From IMG/VR virus record IMGVR_UViG_3300033143_006101, positions 186,001 through 250,000 of that record: 64,000 bases of DNA; one strand, written 5' to 3'. Position numbers and translations under genes: made by a program. Below the pieces are notes generated by a model that ran no database searches, was not told the DNA's origin, and saw nothing but the letters and a program-made list of their open reading frames with translations. Every line of letters begins with the position of its first letter. The first letter of the stretch is position 1. Positions 32,278 to 42,578 of this stretch are shown one piece after another.

Positions 32278-32682
32278 ATGACAGATAATAAAGTAGATAA
32301 ATTACCAGGAGGCATAGGCGATAAAATGACTCCTGGTTCTGTAGATCCGAAGGAGCTGGAAAAGGGTCAGAAGATAGAAATGGAGCATACTAAGGATCCA
32401 GAGGTTGCTAAGGAGATAGCTTTAGATCATTTAACAGAATTCAAAGATTATTACAAGCGTCTTGAAAAAATGGAAGACGATGCTGAGAAGGATAAGGAAA
32501 AAGCGGAAGCTGAAAAGGATAAGAAGAAAAAAAAGAATAAGGGAGCCGATCTTCCTCTGAAAAGAGACATTAATTGGAAATTAATGTTAGAAGGTGGCAA
32601 TGTAGAAAGTGTTGAAGATCTGTTAAATAAGCATGCTAATTGTGGGAAAGATCATGACGATGAAAAAGAAGAAGAGGAATAG
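32278..32682 (+). CDS. DUF5661-like phage protein
   Basis: LPGGIGD...ELEKGQKIEMEHTKDPEVAKEIALDHLTEFKDYYKRLEKME. Confidence 0.7.
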   Translation: MTDNKVDKLPGGIGDKMTPGSVDPKELEKGQKIEMEHTKDPEVAKEIALDHLTEFKDYYKRLEKMEDDAEKDKEKAEAEKDKKKKKNKGADLPLKRDINWKLMLEGGNVESVEDLLNKHANCGKDHDDEKEEEE

Positions 32683-32722
32683 ATATCGATGGGAGAAAAT
32701 TATAAGACCTGGAAATAAATAA

Positions 32723-33874
32723 ATGGATTTTATTGAAGCAAAGACATTAAGTGCATTATTAAAAACAGCAGCTGAAGAAGAGCATGCTGTTTATGATATG
32801 AGGGTAAAACTTTCCTATGTAAAACATATGCCAGGTCATAAAAATTCTAAAGGTGAAGCTGCCCCATGGGTTATTATAGATCATGATGATGGTAAAGTAC
32901 TTTCTTCTCACAAAACCAAAGAAGAAGCAAAGAGTCATCTTCGTGATATGAAAATACATGGTTCTGTTAAAACTGCTCAAGATGAAGAGGAAGAATATGA
33001 TTTAATAGAAAATCTTCCTTATGAAGATCCAGCATTTGAAAAGATTGAAGAAGAGGAGGCATATACAGAGGAACAATTAATGGGACAAGAAGAAGAAAGT
33101 GTTGTTTCTGAAGAAGCTATTCAATCTTTTTTTGGTGCAAGTTCAGATGAATTAGCCCAACAATATGTAGAAGAAGTTGGTACTGTCTCTGACGAAGATC
33201 ATTGGAAAACACTTAAAAAAGAATTAAAAATTACTGATTTTAAAGAGCTAGAAAGACAAGAAGAATTAATGAAAGATTTACCTGAAGACATTCAAGCTAT
33301 TCGAGATAAAGGAGTTGTGACTAAAGAAGATGTACAATCAATAGATGAAAAATATTGGGATAAGTATAAACAGGTAGATTTATTAAAATTGTTAGGAATT
33401 AGCGATAAATCTTATACCGCTTTATATAACAATGAAAAAGATAAAATATTAAAAGATCGTCAACACAGACCTTATTTTGAATGGTGGGAATTAATATCAA
33501 ATGAACAAACTGCAGCTATACATAAATTAATTGATCGGTTTATGCCTTTCATTCAAGATTACATATATGAGTGGTTAGGGACAAGAGTAAAGGAATTGTA
33601 TTTAGCAAAATTCCAAGAATTATATGGAGATTGGCAAGATCCAAATGACCCGGATGCTGTATTTAAATATATTTTTAAATCTGTAATTAACCAAGCATTT
33701 TCTTTAGCTAGAAGACTTAAATTAAAATCGGAATCTCCTTTTGCAAGAAGAAGTAGTATAATATTTCATGATAATAGAATAATTAATTACTGTGATATAT
33801 ATAATATAAATGAATTAGTTAAATATGCAGATCATGTTATAAATCTTGAAATGGACATTTCTATTTATGCATAA
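32723..33874 (+). CDS. acidic hypothetical head-module protein
   Basis: 383 aa; short N-terminal module (PWVII...KVLSSHKTKEEAKSHLR); KTA motifs. Confidence 0.5.
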   Translation: MDFIEAKTLSALLKTAAEEEHAVYDMRVKLSYVKHMPGHKNSKGEAAPWVIIDHDDGKVLSSHKTKEEAKSHLRDMKIHGSVKTAQDEEEEYDLIENLPYEDPAFEKIEEEEAYTEEQLMGQEEESVVSEEAIQSFFGASSDELAQQYVEEVGTVSDEDHWKTLKKELKITDFKELERQEELMKDLPEDIQAIRDKGVVTKEDVQSIDEKYWDKYKQVDLLKLLGISDKSYTALYNNEKDKILKDRQHRPYFEWWELISNEQTAAIHKLIDRFMPFIQDYIYEWLGTRVKELYLAKFQELYGDWQDPNDPDAVFKYIFKSVINQAFSLARRLKLKSESPFARRSSIIFHDNRIINYCDIYNINELVKYADHVINLEMDISIYA

Positions 33875-34343
33875 AAATTATGAAAGAATACTAAAAAGAA
33901 AACTTGCTTATTTACTTCAAACATCAGATACTTCTATTATTAATTCTCCTGCAGTACCTAAAAGTTATCTACGATTTGATGAACAAAAAGAGCAGGAAAT
34001 TGTTGTATGGATCCGTCAATTACAAGGAGAGGATAAGCAACAGATCATGGATAATATAATAGACAAGTTTAATATTTCAGAAGAAGATGCTGAAAGATTG
34101 TTTTTTGTAGCTTATCCAGACGGGCTTAGTTTCCAGGAAGAAGAAAACATAAATCAGTTCGAACCAGAATTACCTCAATGCAACCAATCACAATTTATAG
34201 ATGATTCAATTTCAATTATAATCGATAATCAAAACCCATCGGATTTAGTAGAAGATTATGAAATGGATCCAGAGATTGCACGCCTTTTTATTCAATATCT
34301 AATGTATATGCTAGGCGATAGAAATATCATACAATTACCTTAA
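33846..34343 (+). CDS. hypothetical protein
   Basis: ORF in head operon. Confidence 0.5.
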   Translation: MKWTFLFMHKNYERILKRKLAYLLQTSDTSIINSPAVPKSYLRFDEQKEQEIVVWIRQLQGEDKQQIMDNIIDKFNISEEDAERLFFVAYPDGLSFQEEENINQFEPELPQCNQSQFIDDSISIIIDNQNPSDLVEDYEMDPEIARLFIQYLMYMLGDRNIIQLP

Positions 34344-34401
34344 AATTAGTAAAAAATTCACTATTCTTTGAGAGAATGTATATCAACTTAAGGAGAATTG
34401 T

Positions 34402-35298
34402 ATGGATCCGAAAACAGGTTTTGTAAGTAAAACTTATGAATATAAACAATTTCATGAGTTTTCTAATAGAGATAAGGATAAAATCGCAGAAAGTATAGAA
34501 ACAAAACATGGTAGTCATTGGTTATCTCCTACTGTAGAAGATTGGATTTACGGAACTACACGAGCATTAGATTGTGGTGACTTTTATGGTAATATTAATA
34601 AAAAAGCTCTTTGGGAGCATGCAGTAAATAAGAATGCCGATTATTTTGATATAACAGAATTAGAAGATGTACATCCCGAAAAAGATATAGAACGCTATCT
34701 CACTTTCAGAACAGCTGCACTTTATAGAGATCACAAATCACAAAGCTTAGAACTTGCAATTGGATTACTTTTTGATAGTACATTATTAAAAGATAAGTAT
34801 GATGATATGCATGTAACTGCTTTGTTTGGTTTAGATAAAAAGAAAGCTCCAGCGATAGCAAGATTACTTCACGATTATCCAACCAGAGTTGGAACCAGTA
34901 TGGGATGTTCGATAAAATATTCTATTTGTACTCTATGTGGTCATGAAATTAAAAGCGATAATGATTTTTGTGATCATTTGCTTTATAATCGAGGTGGGCG
35001 TTTTCAAGGCAAAAGAGTTGCTGAGATACTAAAAGGTGTAGATTTCTATGAGCTATCTGTAGTAAATGCACCGGCTTGTCCAACTGCTTTTGTGATTGAT
35101 GCAATATCTAAAGTAGTTCCTGGACGTTTACTTAAAATTGCTAATACAAATGAAGGTTTTGCAGTAGCTCACATTATGATGAATGTATATAATGCTATTA
35201 AAACAGCAAGTACAGTAAATGAAAAGAAAAGACTTTCTAATCAATTGGATATGTTAATAGTAAAGTTACAAGAGCTTGATGCTAAAAGAATAGCATAA
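34402..35298 (+). CDS. putative prohead protease with zinc-binding insertion
   Basis: LYRDH, TSMGCSIKYSICTLCGH..FCDHL, FYELSVVNAPACPTA; between portal and scaffold/MCP. Confidence 0.7.
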   Translation: MDPKTGFVSKTYEYKQFHEFSNRDKDKIAESIETKHGSHWLSPTVEDWIYGTTRALDCGDFYGNINKKALWEHAVNKNADYFDITELEDVHPEKDIERYLTFRTAALYRDHKSQSLELAIGLLFDSTLLKDKYDDMHVTALFGLDKKKAPAIARLLHDYPTRVGTSMGCSIKYSICTLCGHEIKSDNDFCDHLLYNRGGRFQGKRVAEILKGVDFYELSVVNAPACPTAFVIDAISKVVPGRLLKIANTNEGFAVAHIMMNVYNAIKTASTVNEKKRLSNQLDMLIVKLQELDAKRIA

Positions 35299-35311
35299 TT
35301 GAGTATATGCG

Positions 35312-37288
35312 ATGCCAGATGGAAAACATGACATAACAGAATTAGAAAAAGGAGATAAACATATTACCCCGGGAGTAGGGGCTGATTTATTTATTCGCAA
35401 AAAGTTACCTGGTGCTCAAATAGGTAGAGGTTACATTATTGATGTCTATGAAAATGGTGTCAAGATGGATACTCAAGAAGTTCCTACTAAAAAAGAAGTT
35501 ACAGAACTTATAAGAGTATTTAAAGATAAGTATCGTACTGATAGAGCATTCCAAAATGAACTTCAAGTACATATAACTTATAAAACTAAAGAAGAGAGAG
35601 GGGAAGTACCCGAAAAAGCTCCCGAAGAAAAAGGGAAAATACCAGAAATTGCATTAGAAAAGGAAAAAGAATTAGAAAAAGCAATTCCCCCTGTTGAAGA
35701 AGTAAAAAAAACAAAAGAGGAGAGACCTATGGCTTCAATAGATAATATCTTAATGAAACAAGCAAGTTCAATTAATGGATTAATTTTAAGATTACTTAAT
35801 CCTGAATTGCCTATTAAAGTAAGGAATGCCGAAGAACCTGTAATACCAGGACCATTAGAAACTGTTAGTAGTGTTCCTGCTACTCCGGCTACTGAAAAAG
35901 GTTATGATAATATAGAACAAGTAAAAGCATATATTGTTAATGAAATTATAACAAAATTTGCTACTTTTGTTTCTAACCGTATTAAAGATGCTGGTGGAAT
36001 AGAAGTAAAAATTGATGATCTATATAATCCTTTAAAAGGATGGTATGGTGCATTAGGTAGAGCTATTGAAGACTGGAATAGAATGAGTAAAGGTGCTTTT
36101 GTTAAACAGGATATTGAAGATATTGTTGTTGAAACAGAAAAAATATTGTTATCTAAGGATCCAACGTTAATTTCTAACAAATCTGGGGTACAAGTAGATC
36201 AACGTGTTGCAGATTTAATGTATGAAGTTGGATCTAAAAGTGTAGGGCAAAAAGGGGATGCCGAACAAGGTGGAGAATTAGGTGGTGATCCAGCAACTTC
36301 TAGAAAAGCTAGTGAGGATGAAGGTGAAAAATATGAGCCTACTGAAGAAGATAAATTGTATGAGTTTACTCGTCAAATTCAAATAAACGGAATTATGGAA
36401 CCAATAGAAGCAATAGCTCAGAATTTAAATTTAAAAGACTCTTCAATGTTAATGTCTTTTTATAAGATACTTAATAAAAAATCTGCATTGAATGAATCAG
36501 AAACTATTGCTAAACGATGGATTGAAGAAGAACTTCATAATAAAAAACAAGAAGTAGAAAAGTATGAAAGTCATGTAAAAGATTTTTGGAAGTATGCTGA
36601 AACAATTGAAGGTGAAATGCAAATTGATGAAGCATTTTTAAGTTGGTTACCTGATAATAAATTTTCATCTATGGATGTACAAGAAATTTGGAATAGAGTC
36701 TATGATGATGTTGTAAATGTTTTCTTCAAGAAAGAAGCAGCTCTTTATTTAAGTAGTTCTGTAATAGAAAGCTTATTTCCTGGAACTATGAGTGCAATAG
36801 GGGAAACAATAACTACTGCAGTAGCAGAAGGAGTAGATCTTAATAGTTTTAAAGATATGATAGATCAATCGGGTTTAATACAAACCATGCTTAGTGAAGC
36901 TTCCGGTATTGTTTTACAAAATGGATTAGCTATTGCTAGTAGATTTATAGAAGCTGGGAAAGGAGAAAGCGAATCTGAAATAGTTGAAAAAGTACAGCAT
37001 GCTGCGGAACATAGCAATGTAGTTCAAGGAATAACATCTTTCTTGCAAAGTTATTTTGGTGATTTATATAAAGCTGGAAAACGAGAATATAGAGCATATC
37101 TTATGGAAGTAATGAATCAAATTAAGAATGCTTTAGATCAAAATTGGGATGCAATTACAGCTGAATTTGAAACAAATATAAGACAACATATACGCGAAGC
37201 TACAGGTACATCAGAAGAGGCCCCCGCAGAAGAAACCCCTGCAGAGGCTGTTCCTACAGAAGTACCTACAGAAGGTGTCAGAGTTTAG
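35312..37288 (+). CDS. acidic hypothetical head-module protein
   Basis: 658 aa; several KxA motifs. Confidence 0.5.
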   Translation: MPDGKHDITELEKGDKHITPGVGADLFIRKKLPGAQIGRGYIIDVYENGVKMDTQEVPTKKEVTELIRVFKDKYRTDRAFQNELQVHITYKTKEERGEVPEKAPEEKGKIPEIALEKEKELEKAIPPVEEVKKTKEERPMASIDNILMKQASSINGLILRLLNPELPIKVRNAEEPVIPGPLETVSSVPATPATEKGYDNIEQVKAYIVNEIITKFATFVSNRIKDAGGIEVKIDDLYNPLKGWYGALGRAIEDWNRMSKGAFVKQDIEDIVVETEKILLSKDPTLISNKSGVQVDQRVADLMYEVGSKSVGQKGDAEQGGELGGDPATSRKASEDEGEKYEPTEEDKLYEFTRQIQINGIMEPIEAIAQNLNLKDSSMLMSFYKILNKKSALNESETIAKRWIEEELHNKKQEVEKYESHVKDFWKYAETIEGEMQIDEAFLSWLPDNKFSSMDVQEIWNRVYDDVVNVFFKKEAALYLSSSVIESLFPGTMSAIGETITTAVAEGVDLNSFKDMIDQSGLIQTMLSEASGIVLQNGLAIASRFIEAGKGESESEIVEKVQHAAEHSNVVQGITSFLQSYFGDLYKAGKREYRAYLMEVMNQIKNALDQNWDAITAEFETNIRQHIREATGTSEEAPAEETPAEAVPTEVPTEGVRV

Positions 37289-37926
37289 TTTGCGATATTA
37301 ATGATTTTTACTTTTTGCGGTTGAAAATTTAAACATTCTAATACTTTTCTAGTAAAATTATCTTCAATAGGTTCAGTAGTAATATATTCTATTAGATTTT
37401 CAATATCTTTAAATGTTTGTGCTTCCTTATCAAAGGACATACTCAAAAAATAATCTACATGAGTAAACTCTAATACTGAAATATCAATACCAGAAAGTCT
37501 TATAAATTCCTGTATATCTTTTATATAAATTCTAATATATGATTTCTCTTTTATAAAAACTATTGTTATTATCTCACCTTTATCTTTCTTTTCCCTCATA
37601 AAAAATTCTGGATGCACATCAATAGTAGGAGACTCAGCTAATACTTTTTTCATTATTCGTTCTAAATAAGCTATAGTATAATCAAAACTCGCTTCTTTAG
37701 TTATATGTTTCCAGGTATTTTTATACGTATCTAAAAACGGATCATACGAATATCCACCATAATGTACACGAGCAAACCATTCTTCTGGAACATTTTCGGC
37801 ATGAATTAAAGGTTGTATCTTAGTATGAAGTTCTTCTATTTTTGCGATAAGTTTTAATATAAACATGTCTTGTGTATTGCTTCTTTTGTGCACTATTTCC
37901 GACAACTTAATGAGATTATTGTTCAC
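37285..37926 (-). CDS. hypothetical protein (single minus-strand gene in the head module)
   Basis: 213-aa ORF with GGGGG RBS; stop overlaps the 35312 ORF stop. Confidence 0.55.
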   Translation of the reverse strand: MNNNLIKLSEIVHKRSNTQDMFILKLIAKIEELHTKIQPLIHAENVPEEWFARVHYGGYSYDPFLDTYKNTWKHITKEASFDYTIAYLERIMKKVLAESPTIDVHPEFFMREKKDKGEIITIVFIKEKSYIRIYIKDIQEFIRLSGIDISVLEFTHVDYFLSMSFDKEAQTFKDIENLIEYITTEPIEDNFTRKVLECLNFQPQKVKIINIAN

Positions 37927-38057
37927 ATTACCCCCTTTTAATTAATATATACATCTAATATACATTAGTTTAAAACCAATGTCAACTTTTTTTGTACAAA
38001 TACCTTAAATTTTTTAAAAATCTTTCTAATATTTTAATACTATGTGCAAATAGGGGT

Positions 38058-38576
38058 ATGCTAATGTTAAACAATAAAATTATTGATGCTTATGCTAAAG
38101 ATTTTTGGAAGTTTGCTAGTACAACTAAAGGTACACATCAAATAGAAGATATTTTTTTTGAGTGGGCAAAAGAAGCTAACATAACGTTTGCTGAATTTGA
38201 AATAGTTTGGGGAAAAGTAAATGCTGATGCATATCAAGCTTTTGGTATGAAAGAAGCATATAATAAACAACAATTATTACAAGATCTTATTCAAAATTAT
38301 AATAAATATTTATTTGGAATAGGAAAAGAAGAAGACATAAGTGCACCTCCTATCATTGAAGAAGAACAACTTCCAGAAGAACCAATTGAAGAAGACAAAC
38401 CAGAAATGTCTATGGACGAAGATGAATTAAGATCAGACGTTGGAGAATCAATACCAGAAACTTCTCCCGGTGCCGATGAAGGTATTGGAAGAAGACCAAA
38501 AATGGTAACTAGTCCAGCAGAAGCTGGAGAAGAAAATTTAGTTGGCTCACTTAAAGTAAACTTTGACGAACGTTAA
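38058..38576 (+). CDS. acidic hypothetical protein
   Basis: ATG 38058 behind AGGGG. Confidence 0.5.
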   Translation: MLMLNNKIIDAYAKDFWKFASTTKGTHQIEDIFFEWAKEANITFAEFEIVWGKVNADAYQAFGMKEAYNKQQLLQDLIQNYNKYLFGIGKEEDISAPPIIEEEQLPEEPIEEDKPEMSMDEDELRSDVGESIPETSPGADEGIGRRPKMVTSPAEAGEENLVGSLKVNFDER

Positions 38577-38672
38577 TTAATACACCGTTATTACTACCTA
38601 CCTTATTAACTTTTTGAGCTCGATATCCTTAAATTTTTGAGTGCGTTTTCTATATTTTAATCAGATTAAAAT

Positions 38673-40997
38673 ATGGGGAGAGCTATGCCTGATCCGTTAG
38701 ATACAGCTAGTACATTTCAGGAAATGCCTTCGTTACATGGAGAAGGTAGTCAAACACCACCTGATCCATCAAAAGCTACTGGAGCACCAACTCCTATTGG
38801 TTCGGGTAAACCAATAACACCAGCAGGAAAACCTGGAGCACCACCTATGGGTGGAGCACCTGGTGGAGCGGGGATGCTCGGAGCAAAACCTGGGGCACCA
38901 AAACCTCCTGCAATATCTCCCGAAGAACAACTCAACTATGATTCACTTGATACGTTGAGGCAAGATATAACTAGATTAATGAGAAATGATGAGATTGAAG
39001 ATCTTGATTCATTAGTTGATAGATTACTAAATGAAGATTGGAGAGTTGAGAGAATAACAGACTTAATGGATTTTCGCAACTTTTCTACAGTTCAGGAATT
39101 ATTTCAAGATGCCTTAAGTAAAAGCTATAAAGAAGAAGAGGAGAAGAAGAAACAAATGGGAGCACCACCACCCGCAGGTGGAACACCTCCTGGTGGAATG
39201 GGGGGCATTCCCATTGAACCTCCTAAAAAACCGGATAATGATCTAACGGGGCAAAACATGCCAAAACCGGAAGCGAATACAAAAGGAATTATAAAAGAAG
39301 GTGTAGATCCTTTAGAAGCAAGTACTAAAAATCTAAATGTGAGGAGTGGACTTATGAAAAAAGTACTACTGAAAGATGGTACTCTTGTAGTCAAGGAAGC
39401 AGCTTCTGCTTCTGAAGTAATTGAGGGTATCTCATCAGCAAGACGTAGAGTAGAAGCACTTATAGACGATTATAAAGATGCTTATTTAAGACATGCCGGA
39501 CTTGAAGCACTTAAGAAAGAAGGCATGGGTCCTTTTGGAGACATGGGACCAGGTGGGCCTCCTGGTGGGCCTGACATAGGCGGTGGTTTAGATCTTGGTG
39601 GACCAGATATGGGTGAACCGGATCTTGGTGGAGTATCGGGGCTTGAAGATATAGTAGGGGCTCTTAAAGATGCTATCCAGAAACTTACCGATTGGCTTTC
39701 AAAAGGTAAAGACACTAAGAAAGACGAGGCTCTTCCTGCAGCTGATGCCGGAGATCTCGAAGATGAAATGGGTAAAGCTAAAGAACCTATGGACAAAGCA
39801 AAAGGTATTTTATCAGGACCTCCAAAGAAGAAAGACGAGGATTCCGAAGATAAAGATAAGGACAAAGATAAGAAAGAAGAAGCCGGAACTGAAGGCGATA
39901 CTAAGCAAGCAGTAGCTGGTGATGCAAAGGGTGAGAATACTCCTGTTGGTTCAGATGCACCAATGAAAGTAACTATGGGAGAAACAAAACCACCTGGAGA
40001 TTCAGGACAAACTAGTAAGGAGAAAACTCAAATGAAAGATGGAGAAGGCGGAGTAAAAAAGGCTGATTTAGACGAAGTTGTAGAAACTGTTGTTGAGCGT
40101 GTTGTTGATGACGCGACTGCACCGACAGAAACTACACCGGATCCTGCACCAGAGACTACTTCTATGGAAGCAGCACCTGAGGGTGGGGAAGGCGATGTAG
40201 CAGAACCTATTACAGCAGCGACTATCGTTGATCAGTTAGAAACACGTTTAGCAGAGCTTAAGAAAGAAGCAAATCTCTATCCATTCAAAGACCTCAACAA
40301 ACAGCAAGTAGATCCTATTAACGCACAGACTGCATCAGATCAAGCATCAACAATTAACACAGAAATATCTGGTGGAAACCATGCAACTAAAGAACCTCAG
40401 CGTGGGGAAACTTTAGCACCTGGTGATATTTCAACAACTAATCCTACAGTTGGACAGGGCAATCCATCAGAAGCACCAAACAGTAAAACTGTTAATGCTC
40501 CTGCGGCAGGCAAAGTTTCTGTTGAAGTAGCTGAGAAGATTCGTCAGTCAAGTGTTGAGAATGAAAGAGCTAAAGCAAAACTTTCTGTTGAGCTTGCATG
40601 CCAGCAGCAACTTAAGGGACTTATTGATAATCCTTTGAGAGTGGCAATGGTTAAGAATATGATTGAAGCAGGAATTGCTGAAGCATCTGCTGAAGCTATC
40701 GCATTCAACTCTTTCTTAGATGGATATGAGGAATCACAAAAACTTGTTATGAAGGAAGCTTTTGAAGAATTCATGACCAAGGATATTGATGAGTTTATTA
40801 AAATAGCGAAAGTTACTAAAGAACATAGAGTAAAAGAAGGCTCCCAAGCGTCTGTAGAGAACGTAGAAGAAGGAACACGAAATAAAACCGCGAGTTTAGA
40901 TTCAGCACCTCTGAGAGGATCTCAACCAAATAAGGGTCGTAAAGAGGATTATAGCAAATATTGGACAGATGTCGCTCGTGAAAGAAGAAATTGGTAA
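38673..40997 (+). CDS. scaffold / head assembly protein
   Basis: 774 aa, Gly/Pro low-complexity blocks alternating with helices, ends with short conserved-looking tail, upstream of decoration and MCP genes. Confidence 0.6.
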   Translation: MGRAMPDPLDTASTFQEMPSLHGEGSQTPPDPSKATGAPTPIGSGKPITPAGKPGAPPMGGAPGGAGMLGAKPGAPKPPAISPEEQLNYDSLDTLRQDITRLMRNDEIEDLDSLVDRLLNEDWRVERITDLMDFRNFSTVQELFQDALSKSYKEEEEKKKQMGAPPPAGGTPPGGMGGIPIEPPKKPDNDLTGQNMPKPEANTKGIIKEGVDPLEASTKNLNVRSGLMKKVLLKDGTLVVKEAASASEVIEGISSARRRVEALIDDYKDAYLRHAGLEALKKEGMGPFGDMGPGGPPGGPDIGGGLDLGGPDMGEPDLGGVSGLEDIVGALKDAIQKLTDWLSKGKDTKKDEALPAADAGDLEDEMGKAKEPMDKAKGILSGPPKKKDEDSEDKDKDKDKKEEAGTEGDTKQAVAGDAKGENTPVGSDAPMKVTMGETKPPGDSGQTSKEKTQMKDGEGGVKKADLDEVVETVVERVVDDATAPTETTPDPAPETTSMEAAPEGGEGDVAEPITAATIVDQLETRLAELKKEANLYPFKDLNKQQVDPINAQTASDQASTINTEISGGNHATKEPQRGETLAPGDISTTNPTVGQGNPSEAPNSKTVNAPAAGKVSVEVAEKIRQSSVENERAKAKLSVELACQQQLKGLIDNPLRVAMVKNMIEAGIAEASAEAIAFNSFLDGYEESQKLVMKEAFEEFMTKDIDEFIKIAKVTKEHRVKEGSQASVENVEEGTRNKTASLDSAPLRGSQPNKGRKEDYSKYWTDVARERRNW

Positions 40998-41021
40998 TCA
41001 CTTTATTAGGAGGAAATTATT

Positions 41022-41723
41022 ATGAGTACAGACTTAGCACCAATAGGTCGTCGTGGAATAGTTAATTCAGCAAGAAAACTTAGTCAGTTCGCCAAGCCTG
41101 GTTACATGTGGAGAGATGCAAGTGCAGTTTTCCAACAAGGTATGGTAGCTACTAAGGGAAGTGACGGAGAGCTTGAAGTTGCTTCAAGTACAAGCAAGAT
41201 TCTTACAGGTATCTTCAATTGCCATAAGGCAAGTACTTTTAAGAGACCTGTAGTAGAAGAATCAATCACTTTTACAGGAGCATTAAGTGTTATTTCATTA
41301 GCACATCCTAATGTTTCTAAAGTAGTTGTAAACAAAGTATCCGATGGTTCAGCATATACTGTAACAACACATTATACAGTACAGGCTGCTGCAGGTACCA
41401 TTACACATGTTGGTACTATCGGCAACACAGAAACAGTTAATGTTTCTTATCTTTATGAAGATCCAGATCTTGCTGCTCTTGATCAGACTCAAAAATCAAG
41501 AAAAGCATCTATCCTTGCGGATGGTGAGATTGCTCTCAAGATTTATGATACTTCTAAGATCATGACTGATTCAGGCGGATATGACGAAAATGTAAAAGTA
41601 ACTTGTGATGATGACGGATTAGTTACAACAGGTGGTAGTATTCAGCTTGGTTATGTTACTAAGCCACCTACATCTGGAGATCCAGAATTACACATTATGT
41701 TAGATATAGTTTCAACATTCTAA
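41022..41723 (+). CDS. capsid decoration-type protein, paralog 1
   Basis: shares GRxGIVNS, GxFNCHK, DQT, GxVTKPPTxGDPELH with 41859-42554; between scaffold and MCP. Confidence 0.6.
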   Translation: MSTDLAPIGRRGIVNSARKLSQFAKPGYMWRDASAVFQQGMVATKGSDGELEVASSTSKILTGIFNCHKASTFKRPVVEESITFTGALSVISLAHPNVSKVVVNKVSDGSAYTVTTHYTVQAAAGTITHVGTIGNTETVNVSYLYEDPDLAALDQTQKSRKASILADGEIALKIYDTSKIMTDSGGYDENVKVTCDDDGLVTTGGSIQLGYVTKPPTSGDPELHIMLDIVSTF

Positions 41724-41858
41724 CATGGCTTAAAACGAATTTAATCATCTGTATTTGATGTGTATTGTTTTCGATTTATAGAAATACCTCTTTAAGTACT
41801 AATAACGAAACGATCAGAAAGAGGATTACTAACTAAGGAGTAAAAGGAGACATAAACA

Positions 41859-42554
41859 GTGAGCAATGTAATAATGCCACCAGTAGGGAGACATGGAATT
41901 GTTAACTCTGTTCGCAGAATAACAGGAAATGTAGTTCCAGGCTGGAGGGCAGTTGACCCAGAGTCCCAGTTTATAGCTGGTTACATAGCTGCACTTAACG
42001 ATCAAGGAAAAGTTACGGTGGCAGATGCCGATAGCGAAAATCTTCTCGGCTTATTTAACTGCCACAAAACTTTAAACTTTTATGTTCCTGTTGAGGGAGA
42101 AGAAGGAACTTTTACAGGAGTAGGATCCTACATAGCAATTACTAACGCTTATATTAAAGAAAATTATGAGCGAGTACTAAGTGCCGATAGGGAAACACTT
42201 TATGTAAGGGATACTGATTATACCATGAATTACACGAATGGTTTAATCACTCATACTTCAACAGGAAGCATTGGGTCTACAGATACAATTCTACTTAATT
42301 ATACGTATCGAGATCCCAATGTTAGTGGACTTGATCAAACGCTATCTGGTTTTTGTTCTATTATAGAAGGAGACGGTGAAGTTGCCACTCTAGTTTATGA
42401 CACCAGTGCTGCTTGGCGAGTAAATGTGGATTTAAGAGTAGGTGTAGATGGAATACCCACAACTAGTGGAGAAGGTAAGAAACTTGGATTTGTTACTAAA
42501 CCTCCCACAGCTGGGGATCCGGAACTACACTTTCAAATGAGACTTACTACGTAA
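41859..42554 (+). CDS. capsid decoration-type protein, paralog 2
   Basis: tandem paralog of 41022-41723; GTG start behind AAGGAG. Confidence 0.6.
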   Translation: MSNVIMPPVGRHGIVNSVRRITGNVVPGWRAVDPESQFIAGYIAALNDQGKVTVADADSENLLGLFNCHKTLNFYVPVEGEEGTFTGVGSYIAITNAYIKENYERVLSADRETLYVRDTDYTMNYTNGLITHTSTGSIGSTDTILLNYTYRDPNVSGLDQTLSGFCSIIEGDGEVATLVYDTSAAWRVNVDLRVGVDGIPTTSGEGKKLGFVTKPPTAGDPELHFQMRLTT

Positions 42555-42578
42555 AATTTTAAAGAGGAGAATGCAATT

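Noticed and set aside
39125-39865. Minus-strand ORFs opposite the scaffold gene (and similar shadows at 325, 886, 12105, 19711, 26287, 35902, 42525, 56500, 57906)
   Set aside because: Antisense shadows of low-complexity or codon-biased real genes, with no RBS or recognisable motifs
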